Positions 12,905-26,169 of a DNA stretch of 64,000 nucleotides are shown here, in pieces. This DNA comes from Antechinus flavipes (taxonomy: Eukaryota), in NCBI RefSeq assembly GCF_016432865.1, contig NC_067401.1, positions 448,198,001 to 448,262,000 on the forward strand, in the 5' to 3' direction. Position 1 is the first letter of the stretch; every line of letters begins with the position of its first letter. The translations under genes and the position numbers were made by a program. The notes under the pieces are model-generated. The model was given only the letters and a program-made list of their open reading frames with translations. It searched no databases and had not been told where the DNA came from.

Positions 12905-13125
12905 GGAACTATAGTGCATGGTTCTGGAATCAGAAAGACTCATCTTCCTGAGTTCAAATTTGCCTCAAACACTAGTTTGTACAAATCACTTAATCCTATT
13001 TGCCTCAGTTTCCTCATCTATAAAATGAACTGGACAAGGGAATGGCAAAACACTCCAATATCCCTCCCAAGAAAACCCCAAATAGGTCAACAGAGAGTCA
13101 GACACGACTGAGAAGACTGAACAGG
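12905..13125 (+). mobile_element. MAR1-type SINE
   Basis: CATCTTCCTGAGTTCAAAT, CORE, AAGAAAACCCCAAAT...GTCAGACACGACTGA. Confidence 0.88.
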
Positions 13126-13329
13126 GGCTCAGAAAAAAATAAATAATGTGCCCTAGATTAGACAGTTGGCATTACTAATCAAGGTTGTGACACTATCTGT
13201 TAAGTAGGTTATCCATTCTCTTCATATCAAAAAGAAGGACTCGATAGCCTCTAAACCCAACTCTAAATCTGTCATTCTGTGAAGAGAATAAGATCTTTAG
13301 GTGATGCAGTGGATAAAACATCAGACACA

Positions 13330-13980
13330 AGCCAGATCCATATGTTCAAAACTGTTTATAGCAGCTCTTTTTGTAGTGATAAGGAACTGGAAATTGAGTG
13401 TATGCCCATCAAGTATGGAATGGCTGAATAAATTATGGTATATGAATGCAATGGAATATTATTGTTCTATAAAAATGGTGAACAGGATGATTTCAGAAAA
13501 GCCTAGAAAAGTTACGTTGAGTTGATGCTGAGTGAAGTGAGCAGAACCAAGAGAACATGGTACACAACAACAAGATCATATGATGATCATCTGTGATGGA
13601 CTTGACTTTTTACAACAAGGAGATGCTTCAAGGCAATTCCAATCCACTTGTGTTGGAAAGAGCCATCTGCATCTAAAGAGAGAACTACAGAAAATGGATG
13701 TAGATAAAAGCATAGTGTTTTCATATTTGTTGTTGTTGCTATTGTTTGCTTGCTTTTTTCTCATTTTTTTTTCTCTTTGGATCTGATTTTTCTTGCACAG
13801 CAGAAAAAAATGTGGGAAAAATGTTTAGAAGAATTGTACATGTCTAACCTATACTGTATTACTTGCTTTCTAGATAAGGGAGAGAGGAGGAAAGAGAGAG
13901 AAAAATTTGGAATAAGGTTTTGCAAGGATGAATATTGAAATTGTCTTTGTGTATACTTTGAAAAATAAAAAGCTATTATT
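13330..13980 (+). mobile_element. 5'-truncated L1: ORF2 C-terminus plus 3' UTR
   Basis: Peptide CSKLFIAALFVVIRNWKLSVCPSSMEWLNKLWYMNAMEYY matches the L1 ORF2 C-terminal region; ends AAAAATAAAAAG. Confidence 0.93.
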
Positions 13981-13984
13981 TTCT

Positions 13985-14335
13985 AAAAAATTATTTTTAA
14001 ATGATATGATTCAAGACAATTTCAATAGATTTGAAATGGAAAAGCTATTGATATCCAGAGAGAGAATTATGGAGACTTTTTTTTTTTTTGGAATTTATTT
14101 CTTTGTTTGCTTTTTTTTTCTTTTTGATTTGATTTTTCCTAAATAGCATGATAAATATGGAAATATGTTTAAAAGAACTGTACATGTTTAACCTATATCA
14201 GATTGTTTGCTGTCTTAGATAAGGAAGGGAAAGGGAAGGGGGGAGAAAAATCTGGACTACAAGATTTGCAGAGGTGAATGTTTAAAATTATCTTTGCATG
14301 TATTTGGAAAAATAAAATACTATTTGAGGGGTGGG
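13985..14335 (+). mobile_element. Second L1 3' UTR fragment
   Basis: Parallels the 3' UTR at 13600-13980 (CATGTTTAACCTATATCAGATTG...TATTTGGAAAAATAAAATA). Confidence 0.8.
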
Positions 14336-14339
14336 GAAA

Positions 14340-14545
14340 GGACATAGAGTCAGAGAGTCCTCTGTTCAAATATAATCCCAGATATATGACTGTGTAACTT
14401 TGGGCAAGTAATTTGGCAATTCTTTTCCCTTGGTTTCCTCTTTACTGAGATAATAATAGTTTTTACCTTCCAGGATTGTTTTGAGTATAAAATGAAATAA
14501 TATTATCGAAGCACTTTGTAAACTTTACAATGATCTAAAAAATGC
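14340..14545 (+). mobile_element. MIR SINE
   Basis: CTTTGGGCAAG...GAAGCACTTTGTAAAC...ATGCTAATTATTA. Confidence 0.7.
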
Positions 14546-14599
14546 TAATTATTACCATTAGGAATGATAATAAAAACCCAGGTCTTCCTGACTTCCTGT

Positions 14600-14755
14600 A
14601 GTAGCCCACAGATGTCAAACAAATGGCACACTCTCAAGGGCAGCCTGAACCAGATTAAAACATATTTGAGAAATAGTTAACAAAATAAATACAAATGGAA
14701 TAAAACATTGATAATTTAATTTGTGGTTTTCTAAGTCACTAAGGGTCTTGCAATC
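14600..14755. mobile_element. Degenerate hAT-type MITE
   Basis: CAGATGTCAAAC start; CCAGATTAAAA...GTGGTTTTCTAAGTCA body resembles a marsupial MITE consensus as I recall it. Confidence 0.5.
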
Positions 14756-14889
14756 CAACTAATTGACTCCAGACTAATTTGCTCTTCCTAAAACTAACTA
14801 AAAAATGTATATGATTCTTGTAACTTATCACAGCATAGTTCGCTTTGTGTTGTTAAGTGTTATCACGCAACAGAAAAGCCATGCTTCTG

Positions 14890-15170
14890 TTGTTATTTGA
14901 TCCCCTTTTGGAGGTTTGTTGTTGTTGCTTTGTTTTGGCAGAGATACTGGAGTGCTGTGTCATTTTTTTCACCAGCTCATTTTACACATGAGGAAATTGA
15001 GACAAACAAGAAGTGAAGTGAAATGACTTACCTCTAATCAGGGTTCATGCAAAATTCCTAATTAAAAGGAATTAAGACTTCCTAGTAGAGAGTAGATTTG
15101 AACTCAGGAAGACTCAGCTTCTTGATTCTAGCCCCAGTGCTCTATCCATTGCACAACCCAGCTACTCCCT
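14890..15170 (-). mobile_element. MAR1-type SINE with a ~50-bp internal insertion
   Basis: TTTTGGCAGAGATACTGGAGTG tail, CORE, TTTGAACTCAGGAAG head. Confidence 0.8.
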
Positions 15171-15588
15171 CAGCTAAATTAGATTTAGGCTTAGTCATTA
15201 GCATTTAGAAATCCATTAAGATTATTCCCCATAGTGCCAGTACTTTGGAAACCGAATTTTTCTTTCATCTTCTTTTTACTATGGAAAATCTGAGTTATCA
15301 CTGACTTTTATATCATTTGTATACTATGCCTATATCTTTAAAAAGAAATTAACTGAAAGGTATCATTTATAATCTGTAATGCAATCAAAATTAAAATCTA
15401 TGGTAATCTTATATCTACTGAGGCAATGTGCAGGTACATTTGTTCCCTCTCATAAAGTTACCTACTGGAATCCTATTGAGTAAATGTTAATGAATCTGGT
15501 GTTTCTTAGCTACAAATGGCTCAGCTACTCCTCATGTAACACTATGGTAACCCAGATTCACTTGGGCCACTCCACCTATTTCACTTAC

Positions 15589-15597
15589 ATTGAGGCC
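15589..15597 (-). other. Candidate 9-nt microexon GGCCTCAAT
   Basis: ttcctttccaatgcctcttcatggctgcag|GGCCTCAAT|gtaagt in unique sequence. Confidence 0.25.
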
Positions 15598-17639
15598 CTG
15601 CAGCCATGAAGAGGCATTGGAAAGGAATTGGTGTGTGCATGGTATGGAGACCTGCTTAAGATGTGTTCTTGGAATATTTAAGAATTCCTAATTTGCATTA
15701 ACCCTGATTAGAAATGGAGACGCATCCTATAATATGTGCATATTTGCCTTGTCATCTCCATTCAAAGGCCTTAAAACATTTCAAATACAGACCTCCTCCA
15801 CACACCCCAAATCCCGGCCAAATTATGTGCTTTAAAATTCAGATGTGTTCATTAGAGAAAGCAAGAAGAAGCTGTAATTTCATCAGAGGAGGGAGCAACT
15901 TCTATCAACACATCTCAAGATCTGGGACAATTTGGTAGATCAATCCTAGGGAGTTAATTGAGGTAAGCAGAGGTTAAATAATTGGCCCAGGCTTACAAAA
16001 CTAGTTAAGTGTCAGGGCTGGGGTTTGAAATTATGTCTTCTTTAGTTTGAGTTTTGTTTTCTAGCCTATTTAAGTGCAGTACATATAGTATATGTATGTG
16101 TAATATTACATATGTATATGTATGTATGTATAAATATAGATATATTATGTTGCCCTTTAATTAAAGGTGCAGCAAAAAAGCAATAATTATAAAAGTGATA
16201 TTAGAGGAAGTTTTGTTTCTACAATTTCACAATAAAACTTCTGGACCAAGTCTATACCAAACAGTATTGATGTAAGAAAAAAAAAATAAAGATTGTAATT
16301 AGACACATCAAAACTCCCTAATTATTTCTACTAGTCATTATCTCCTGTCCCATCCCAGTTCATAGAATTTTATCCATGTGTGTATATATTCAGGATGTGG
16401 ATCCTCTCTTGCCAGTTACCATAGAAGCTATATTTCTGAATTATAATCTTATCTGTTTGCATAAAGGAAAGAAATCTCTTGTCACTGACTACAAGAATCA
16501 GACACATCTTTGTACTAGTTTTAAAAGCACATCATAGCTTAGAACCCGTTTGAGGACTAGCATATGAATCAATCAATAAAGGATTCCTGAGAGGGAATTG
16601 AATTGCTCTTGGTATGGTAGANNNNNNNNNNNNNNNNNNNNNNNNNNNNNNNNNNNNNNNNNNNNNNNNNNNNNNNNNNNNNNNNNNNNNNNNNNNNNNN
16701 NNNNNNNNNNNNNNNNNNNNNNNNNNNNNNNNNNNNNNNNNNNNNNNNNNNNNNNNNNNNNNNNNNNNNNNNNNNNNNNNNNNNNNNNNNNNNNNNNNNN
16801 NNNNNNNNNNNNNNNNNNNNNNNNNNNNNNNNNNNNNNNNNNNNNNNNNNNNNNNNNNNNNNNNNNNNNNNNNNNNNNNNNNNNNNNNNNNNNNNNNNNN
16901 NNNNNNNNNNNNNNNNNNNNNNNNNNNNNNNNNNNGCATTAATCCTAGAACATCTATGGCTGATGGACAAATGGCACATGAAAGAAAACAATCTCAGGGA
17001 ACATGATTTGTCAGGAAGAGAGACATTCAGGCTGAGGACTTTACAAAGACACTAACTCTTGTAGTTCAGCAGAGTGCTATACTTAAGGAGAATTTCTTGA
17101 GCACTCTACATAGGAAGAAAAGGACTCCCAGTAAAGAGAAGATATGGATTATCCTTTTACCTCATAGGTTTCATACACATATGCTTTGCTGACATAATTA
17201 ATCTAGATTTGAATTCACTCTTCCAAAGTAAGGAAATATGCATATGTAAGGAAAGGGCACATGGACAATGTAAGGGGATTGCTTTTGTAACATTTTTTTT
17301 TCTTTTCTGGCTCAGTACATAGCCTTTCTAAAAGTAAATGAGGTTATTGACTGATTATCAATGAGAAGTATGCTTCCCACTGGGGACTCATGAGTGACAG
17401 TACTAGAAAATTCAGTTCCTCAGGATTATTCTTAGAACCACAAGTTACAGAAATAAATAGTCACACCCTTGAGATCTAGGCCAATAGAAATTGGGGAAGT
17501 AATCTTGAAGAGAGTAGAATTTCTATAAGGGAAAAATTGAGGGATTAAGCAATGATAAGTATAAGAAATAAGACTGAAGGATAAGAAATTAGCCAAGTAA
17601 TAGTACTCATCTAAAATATAGGTTTAGTGTATCTTTTTT

Positions 17640-17870
17640 TCCCTTATTTTTAATTATAGGTTTTAATTTACATCAACTCTATTTCTAACTGCATCTGTCT
17701 GCCATCCCCAAACATAAAGATGCTCTTGGTAACAAATAATTAAAAGAAGAAAAAAGTAATCAATTAGCAAAATGAGTCAAAATATCAACTGAGTTTCAGC
17801 ATACATAATGTTCCACACCCATCTCTGAGAAAAAAAGAAATGAAAGTTCATTTTCCCTGTTCTATATATC
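17640..17870 (-). mobile_element. Old L1 3' UTR fragment
   Basis: Reverse-orientation marsupial L1 3' UTR-like sequence. Confidence 0.5.
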
Positions 17871-18329
17871 TTAAAGAAATTTCACTCATTTTCTTAATAA
17901 GTGTTTTTTTTTTTCTCTCTGACATGTTGGCCTTTTATCTAGATGGAATAATTGAAGCAAATGATTTAAAGGAATTAATCATAGGGCACGTAGTAAATAA
18001 ATGGATGAGAATAAGATAAATATCAAGGGTCCTTATTTTTAATACCATTTCAATCAACCAAATATTTATTAAGCATCTATTATGTGCCTATTCTTTTGTA
18101 TTTTTCTGTTTCTTTTGCCTGAATCAGAGGACAACCTTTGGATGGTTTATTAGAAGTTTGGGGTCTCAGGCTAACTATTCTTGCAATAGTTATCTTGACT
18201 CATCTTGACTTTCCAATCTTGAGTGAGGCTGGCTGTATGACCTTTTAGAAAAGTCAAAATAAAAAATAAATAACCAAACAAAAAACTAAAACATCATAAT
18301 GGAGAAAACAATGAGAGGCACAATTTTCA

Positions 18330-18900
18330 GAACAAAAGAATTGATTTTGCAGTCATATTCCATCCTGAAAAGATCATAGATAAAGAGGTGAAGCATTGTG
18401 TTCTGGGAGCTATATTTTGGAAAGAACATTGATAACCTGAAACTGATCTGGAAGAAGTTTATTGAGATGGTAAGAGTACCATAAGCCATGTCAAATGAAT
18501 ATCTTTTGAAATAACTGGGATGGTTAGTCTGAAGATAAAAAGCCTTTGAGGAAACTTGATAGCTATCTTTAAGTATTTGAAGGGATGACATTTTGCAGAA
18601 AGATTAGATTTGTTCTCTTTGGCTGTAATGAACACAGGTAAGAGTAATAGGAAGTTTAAGAAAGACATATTTTTTGGTTTGATATAAGAAATAACTTCCT
18701 AACTGCTCTAAGTTGATCTGTCCAAACATGGAATGGGCTGGATCTGGAAATAATGGGTTGTCCTCATTGAGAGCATAAAGGAGAGACTAAGTGGCATCTT
18801 GGTATTATAGTAGAAGAGATCTTCTGTTCACCTAAAATTTAGCCTAGATGGTCTCTCAAGTCTCTTCCAACTCTGAAATCTGGGATTTTGTGATTCTGTG
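18330..18900 (+). mobile_element. L3/CR1 ORF2 end and 3' terminus
   Basis: GATAGCTATCTTTAAGTATTTGAAGGG...TCTCTTCCAACTCTGAAATCTGGGATTTTGTGATTCTGTG tail. Confidence 0.85.
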
Positions 18901-19950
18901 AACTCTTGCTGATGATGACAGCAGGGACCAACTGGCTAACTAAGTGTATAATCAATGATAAGACTATAAACGGTTTTCTTGAAGAACTATCTGCCTTGGT
19001 TCAGGGTTGGGGGAAGTCTTTTAAGAACATTTCTGTTTAGAAAACAAAAATTCATTGTGACAATCTGGAGACATTGTTGATATGTATACTTTCTCCTTTC
19101 TGAGTCTTGTGATGTTAGGACTTTCTGGAGAAAAGGAAAAACAATACCACCTATGAAACATAGTTTCTCTAATGTTATTAGGTTGCAAAATAGCCCTGAA
19201 TATTAATTTTCAGGCTATAACCTTGATTTAGGAAAGTTCCCAAATGTAGAAAGGTTTTCAAATGATTTAGACAATGTATATAATTTTCTTACTGGTTTCT
19301 ATGATATCTTTGCCTTTTCTCTTTCCATAACATGTAAAAAATAAAGTCTACATTTTACAGTCTCTAATTACACTGAAATCACAGATGCATCACTCAATTA
19401 AAGTGCCATATTCATTGTCCAGAGTTTGTCCAAATGAACTGAATTTGCTGTTTTATGTTCATCACAAAGTCCAGGCTAGCAAATACTAAGAATTCTAGGA
19501 ATACCCACACTATAGTAGCATTCTCCCTGCATCCCATTTGCAAAAAAAGCATGTAAATGGTCTGGCTTTGTTTATAAATGATGCTTGACAGTTGAGAGAT
19601 GTCATCTATTTTTGCACTCAATGTACGCTTGTCTTTCAAAGATAATTGATAATCACAGAAGTAGTAGGATTCTTTTCTCAGAAGTAGAAAAAATAAAAAG
19701 GAATCATAATTTTTCTCACTTTAAAAAATTTCTAGGTCCCCTTTTACTCAAACCTTGAGTGGTCTGATGATACCTCTCTCTGACAATGGAAATACATTAA
19801 AAAATAGTCAAATATTTAAACTTTGGGGAAATTCTTAGTAAAAGTTCTGTGGGCTGGCAGATGACTGCCATCAGTATTAATTGAAGTCATATGGCTAAAA
19901 TCCATTGCTGTGCTGTGCACAGAAAATATATCCTGTAGGATTAAACAGCA

Positions 19951-20690
19951 GTAATAATCTGAGTATGACATAGTATGATTTTCCTCTTCCCAAACTATAC
20001 TTAAAAGGGGAAAACACATGGAGTCTACATTTTAAAATCAGCATCATAACATCTGCTTTAAGGGCTTCAGAATCTAAACTTGTCATATTGTCATATTATT
20101 AAATGTGATAGTATACATAAAGTGCTTTGAAAAAATTTCAACACGTTATCAATGCTAGCTATTATTTACTCCAGAGATGTACATTTCAGTTACAGTTTGT
20201 AAAGTTGGATTGGCTTGGAGGTTATGAAAATGAATTTTCATAGAGCTTTCTAAGTATTATCATCTCTGCACAATTCTGCATATAGTTCCTCAGATAAAGA
20301 GACCCCTTCACTATAATTCTTCTAGAAATAACTTTTGTGTCCTTAAACTTACTTCCAGTGATACCTATTGTAATTCTGTTGTATTGTAAATACGTTATAG
20401 TAATTACCATCCAATATCAACTTTTATTAGATGATTGCTCTTTAAAAAAATATCTGGGGATCTCAGGGGACACAACTTCAATATAAATCAATATGGCAGT
20501 CAAAAAAAAAAAAGGAATAGCATCTTAGGCTACACTAAGAGAAATGTAATGATTAAGGTGGGAGTGTAATCGTTGAACAATTCAATTCAGTCATAATCTG
20601 ATAAAGTGTGATTTTCCTTTACCTAGACTGAACATCAAAAGGGAAACCACACATGGGGACTACATTTTAAAATCACTAACATGCCATCTG
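19951..20690 (+). repeat. Diverged ~100-bp direct repeat pair (19951-20055 and 20590-20690)
   Basis: Shared ATAATCTGA...TGATTTTCCT...CACATGG..CTACATTTTAAAATCA...CATCTG. Confidence 0.85.
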
Positions 20691-20739
20691 AAATGACTCC
20701 TCCCTCAAAAGACCTCACATTATATAGAACACAGAAAAG

Positions 20740-20945
20740 ACTACAGGATAATTTGAACAGGAGAAGGACAGATTTTCTCTGGGGATTATCTCCAAGTGAA
20801 ACTTTGGAGAAAGCTAGGCACTCAAGGAGTTAGAGGTGAAGAGGGAGGGCATTCCTGACAAATGGAACAATCAGTACAAAGACACAGATGGAAAGTTGAA
20901 TTTGGAATGCTTTTAATTACATAAGCAAGCACTTATTATGTGTCA
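20740..20945 (-). mobile_element. L2 remnant
   Basis: Purine-rich reverse-strand L2 sequence; CACTTATTATGTGTCAGGTACT tail. Confidence 0.55.
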
Positions 20946-21769
20946 GGTACTATATATTTCACGTTTAGCCAGCAGGGAAGGGAACAAAAGATAAGAAGAG
21001 GTTTGGGATGAAGTAAATAACTAAGGAACAAACCCCAGTAGAAATGATAGAGAATGGAATCACTGACAGAACAGAGACTTGGCTTTGGCAAGAGAAAGGA
21101 TCATTTCAGAGATAAGACTCTGAGGAAACTGACTGTATGCATATAGCAACAATTTCCTTGCCTCATACCAAGGTGACAAGCAGTTATGCACACCATACTT
21201 GGAGCAGACATAAGTTTAGCTCCTGATAAGACCTGATCTTAGTGCCTAATGTCTTGATTCTGGTGAATCTTGATCGTAAAAGACTAGATGACTAGACATC
21301 AATTGTTGTAGATGACTGATGCTGTTACTTATTACAGGTGATTGAATGAAGCAATTTCAAGATTGGTAATGTTTCCATTGTACACACATGGATTCTGTCT
21401 TTAGTGTGTGACCACTACTATGGGTTCTTGGAGGGATCCTGTGGTCCCTAGGCTTATTATATCCCTGGAGTGCTGGGCAGTTTAAAATTGAGATTTATTT
21501 TCAGGGACAGGATGGAGCCTTCAATGAGATTTAGACTTGGATTCTATAAGTCTTTACTATTTGTGGAACATTACTGGAAGTGTTCAAGCACAGGATTTAA
21601 TTATCATCCCAGTATAAGTGTTTTTCATATATTTTGATCTTCAACATACTCAGCATGAGCTTGTTTATTTTTTTTTTATATTACAGGCTGAAGATTTTGA
21701 CTTTATACATGTTTCCTGCAATTTTATATTCCAGGATGTTGATGCTGTTAATGATGATAATGATGATGA

Positions 21770-21900
21770 AGATAGGTAGACAACAAGCATTCCTTATGTA
21801 CTTACTAGGCACTGGTAATACAAATATAAAGAAAAGGAAAGATAATCCCTTCCCTCAAGGAGTTTACATTCAAATGAGGGAAGATAGTATCCAAAAGAGA
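21770..21900 (-). mobile_element. L2 3' end
   Basis: CAACAAGCATTCCTTATGTAC...CCCTTCCCTCAAGGAGTTTACATTC. Confidence 0.7.
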
Positions 21901-22219
21901 ACTGAAAAAGAGAAGGAAAGAAGGTATCCAATGGCATATGGTGTCAAGATCTGAAAAATCAGAGTCAAGATCAGAATAAATGGTAGCTGACCTGGGCCCC
22001 TCTCAGAAATGAAGGCCCAGTGGAAACTTACAAATAGGAAAAGTGGCTTGGCATGGAAGTTAGTAGAGGAATATTTATTCACAGATATTGATTGGGAAGA
22101 CATGAAATAAAAATGTGGTAAATCAGAAGGAGAACCAGGAGAAGAAGAAGTAGGAAGAACAGGAAGAGGGAGAGGAGGAGGAGGAGGAGGAGCAGTAGTA
22201 GTATTAATAGTAGTGATGA

Positions 22220-22480
22220 TGATGATGATAAATCTAGCTACCTTTCATATAACAATTTAAAGTTTTCAAAGTTCTTAAAAATCATCTCATTTCATCTTCA
22301 CAACTATCCTAAAAAGTAAGTGTCATTATGATCTCCATTTTAGTGGGAAAAAAACTGAGGCAGACAGAGTTTAAGTAATTTGCCCAGGATTACACAGCTA
22401 AAACCTATCTAAGACTAGATTTACTCAGGTCCTCCTGACTCCACCAGCACTCTATACACTGACACTTAGCTGCCCATGGG
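22220..22480 (-). mobile_element. MIR SINE
   Basis: ATCATCTCATTTCATCTTCACAAC...AAACTGAGGCAGACAGAG...CACTTAGCTGCCC. Confidence 0.85.
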
Positions 22481-24559
22481 CATATCTATCTATCTATCTA
22501 TCTTCTCTCTATATATATTCATTCACACCCAAATACACCTGTACATGTATATGTATATATGTATGTAATATATATATAGTATATGTTTGCACATCTTTTT
22601 TCCTTCAAAAGAATATAAGTTCCTTGAGGAGAGAATCTATTTCATTTTTATTTGATATTTAAAGATGTTTAAAATGCTTATTGATTAATTGATGAACTTG
22701 GCAAACAGTAAATCCCAATAAGTTCCATACCAAGAAGTATGGGAGTACTTTTGAGTAGTCATAATTCTTGACCTACGCGTATTGTCAATAAAGAACTAAG
22801 CAGACAAAGGAAAGTTGCTCTGGTCTTTCTTCCCAGATTCAGATCACTCAACCAAAAAACATAACGGCATTTTTTTTCTTATGCCTTGTAAATGTGTCTT
22901 CAACTTATGACTGCGTAACTTCCCACAAACCTAACATCCCTTACTCCTTCTTTCTAGACTACTTTCTTTCACATTTTTAAGCTTGATTCAACCATCGTGC
23001 CATGCCAGGGGAGATATTAGGACTTGCAAAATGTACAGTACCTTTCAATAAAGAAAGATGAAATAATTTTACATAAGCAAGTTTAAAATGTCAAGAGAAC
23101 AGAAACAGATCCATTTGAAATAGTTTCTGAAACTAAATTCGATTTTTGCCAATGGTGCATGAAAAACAATAAAATAGCCAACAAAACATTTTGATATTAT
23201 AAAGTCCTTTCAACAGAGGGTCATTTGTAGATTTAAAACTTGGCATCCAAAAATAATTCAAATAGGTTTGGTTAGTGGATAAGGGCTTTGGGGGAGTTTG
23301 CTTTCAGCAAAACTGGCAGTGGGTGAAACCCAAACAAAGTGATATTGCTAAGCATCAGCACATTATATTTTACTTTGGCGCTTAATGACTTTTAAGAGTA
23401 TTATTGAAAGATTATGTGAACATTTCATGTGAAATGTATATTGGAGCTATCCCTAGTATGAAATTGGGATAGTGACTAGACTGGGGTTTCATTGATATAG
23501 AGAACTTCCTGTATCAATTTAGGGTGGTGCCTTCTCTGCTTCTCTCTGAATGGGAGGTTAATGTTTTGCCCAATGTCACATAGCCAGTAATTATCAGAGG
23601 CTTAGCTTTGAGATCAGATCTCTCTATCCACTATGCCATAGTATCATCTAAATCTCCATCTCTAATTCTTATCACTAGACTTACAGGAGTGCTGAGGGAT
23701 GTATTTGTACCCCTATGTGCCCACAAGATTTTTCTTTGTTGTTGTCATAGTTGTTGTTGTCATTATTGTTGCTGTTTCTACCCCTGCAGCTTGAAAAAGG
23801 CCAGTTTTCAAAGGCCAAGTGAAAATGGATGATGTCCAGAGCATCCCTGAGAAACGCCAAAAGCATCATGTCACCAATAGAGCTGTGTATGAGGCAGCAT
23901 GCAGCAGTACAGATTAATCTTCAGCTGGGACAGACTGTCCTCATGAATGGAGCTGCCCGTTGCATAAAATTATATCATTGGACCATCAGGCTCAACTGCA
24001 TGCAATTTGAAGGCTTTTGTCCTACCATGGTGATGGCTTTGTGCTCATCATCTTCCAGGTTTTTAAAAAATTACTCTTCACTAAAGAAGGATATGATCGT
24101 TTGTTTATAATTAATAATTACAGTGAATTGTAATGCTGTTTTGAAAATATTATGGTACTTTATGTTATTATGGAGTATTATCCCCTTAACTCTTATTAAA
24201 AAAAAAACACAAGAGAGCTTATCCTTTAGCCTCATCATTGAATGCTTTTAATATTTCAACACTGCAAGAACAAGGTAACTCATCAAGAGTTCCTAGGTGA
24301 AGTGGAAATACTTCTGTGAAGGATACTTTTGAAAATAATATGTGTTCTTCTGGCCCCTTGAAATAAAGACACAAGTAAAAAGAACACTCACTTTTTCCTA
24401 ATGCATTAAAGCAGGTTAACCCCAACAAAGGATTAAAAGAAGACAAGGTTCTTGAAGATTTCTTCATCCTAAGAGGAATTCTTCATATGGTCTTAAACAT
24501 CTATAATTTGACAAGAGTACAATTCTCTCTCATTGAAGTCCATTGGAGCTTGGTCAGAG

Positions 24560-25600
24560 CTTTTTCTTTTTTTTCCCACCCTCCACCCATCTTGTCATTT
24601 TCCTGCCCATTAATTAACATTTCTGCTAGATGCTTAATATTTCTGAACTTTGATTTTTCCCTAGCATACTTCAAATTATCTTACTTGAGTGATGAGGGCA
24701 TAAGGAGAATATATAAGCTAAGGACAACCTGGTTGACAATAATCTGGTCTCCAAACTTCTCATTCTTCTTATTCCCAATTCTGCAAGCTGAATTAATCAA
24801 TTAATCTTCCTAAAGTTATTCTTCAACTATGTGACCTTCTCACACGAAACTCCTATGTTTTCTTTATTGCCTATATATGAACACCAAACTCCTAAGTCTC
24901 GGGTTTAAACCTCTACTGTCCAACCTTTGGTCTCTTTTTCAGTCTTATAGATCATCACTTTTCTATATATGTAAATCCACCTCTCTAGATGATTGATTTA
25001 TTCAGGAACATTTGTTGCTTTTCTGCCACCATAACTTTGCTCATGATAAACTCCAATTGGAAATCCTTCCCACTCCAAGACCCAGTACCAAGACCCATGA
25101 TACCTCCACAGAACCACTGTAGTTAGCATTGGAAAAGACCTTAAAAAACATCTGTTGCTGTGACTTCGTTTTAGATATGAAGAAAAGGTTTTTAGAAATT
25201 AAGTAAATTGGCCAAAGCCAAACAGAGTCACTGATAGAGCTGAGAATGAAACTCAATTCATCTGACTCAAAATCTTTGCCCTGTGCTTCACTGAATAAGG
25301 TCCCATCCAGCACTGGCGCAATAATCCTGTGATCCAAGAATCTGTGATCTCTTTGATGCTGTTTATGGCTTCAACAGTAAAAATCAAAACCTATTTATAC
25401 ATATTCTTCCTGAGCAACTCTTGCCAGTGCCTTTTCATAAATCTCCTAAATAGATCCTAACTAATGTGCTGCTGCCCTCCCTCTAGTTCTCTGTATGTTG
25501 AAATGATGCCCTCCCAAAAAAAGTATTCTTTATTTGTCCTTTATTTAATTCCTAAATCTCTTGTCATATATTCCAGTAGTGGCAACTTTTATTTCTTTCC
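24560..25600 (+). mobile_element. Fragmented L2, interrupted by other remnants
   Basis: ATCTTCCTAAAG...CCAAACTCCTAAGTCT...CATAACTTTGCTCATG. Confidence 0.55.
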
Positions 25601-26169
25601 CAAATTACTTGTTTACTGGAAATATGATACATCCTCAAGCCTACTAAGTACTTCTACATTGTACTTCAGATGGACGCAACTAATTTCTAAAGAGCATGAA
25701 GGATCCTATGCCTTAAAGCCAAGCAGAAATATCAGAGAAATCTTGGTATCAAAAGATAAAGTTTTGTTTTAGTGAGAACCTTGGGGGACATGAGAAATTC
25801 TAAATGTTTCCAAAATACAACTCAACATCCTGTCATCCCTGTCCAACTATGGATGCAATTAATAATCAAAGGATGAGCCCATGTGAAAGATAAGTACCAA
25901 GGAGGTCACTTCAGTGAATTCATCCACCCAACTGCAGACCTGTCTAAAGGTCTAAAATTGTCTAAAGGATGTGTATTTTTCATCCACTTGCTTTTTCTTT
26001 TGGAGATAGCTAAGCAGTGTACTCAATGATAGACATCATTTAGGAGACATAGAAATGTATTCAACAAAAAAAAATATCGTCTACAAACAGGATCAGCTGG
26101 AGAAAATTTAAGATCATTTCATGTTGGTTTCTGATTCACATGAGCCATGACTGTGTCTCCCTGTCTTAT

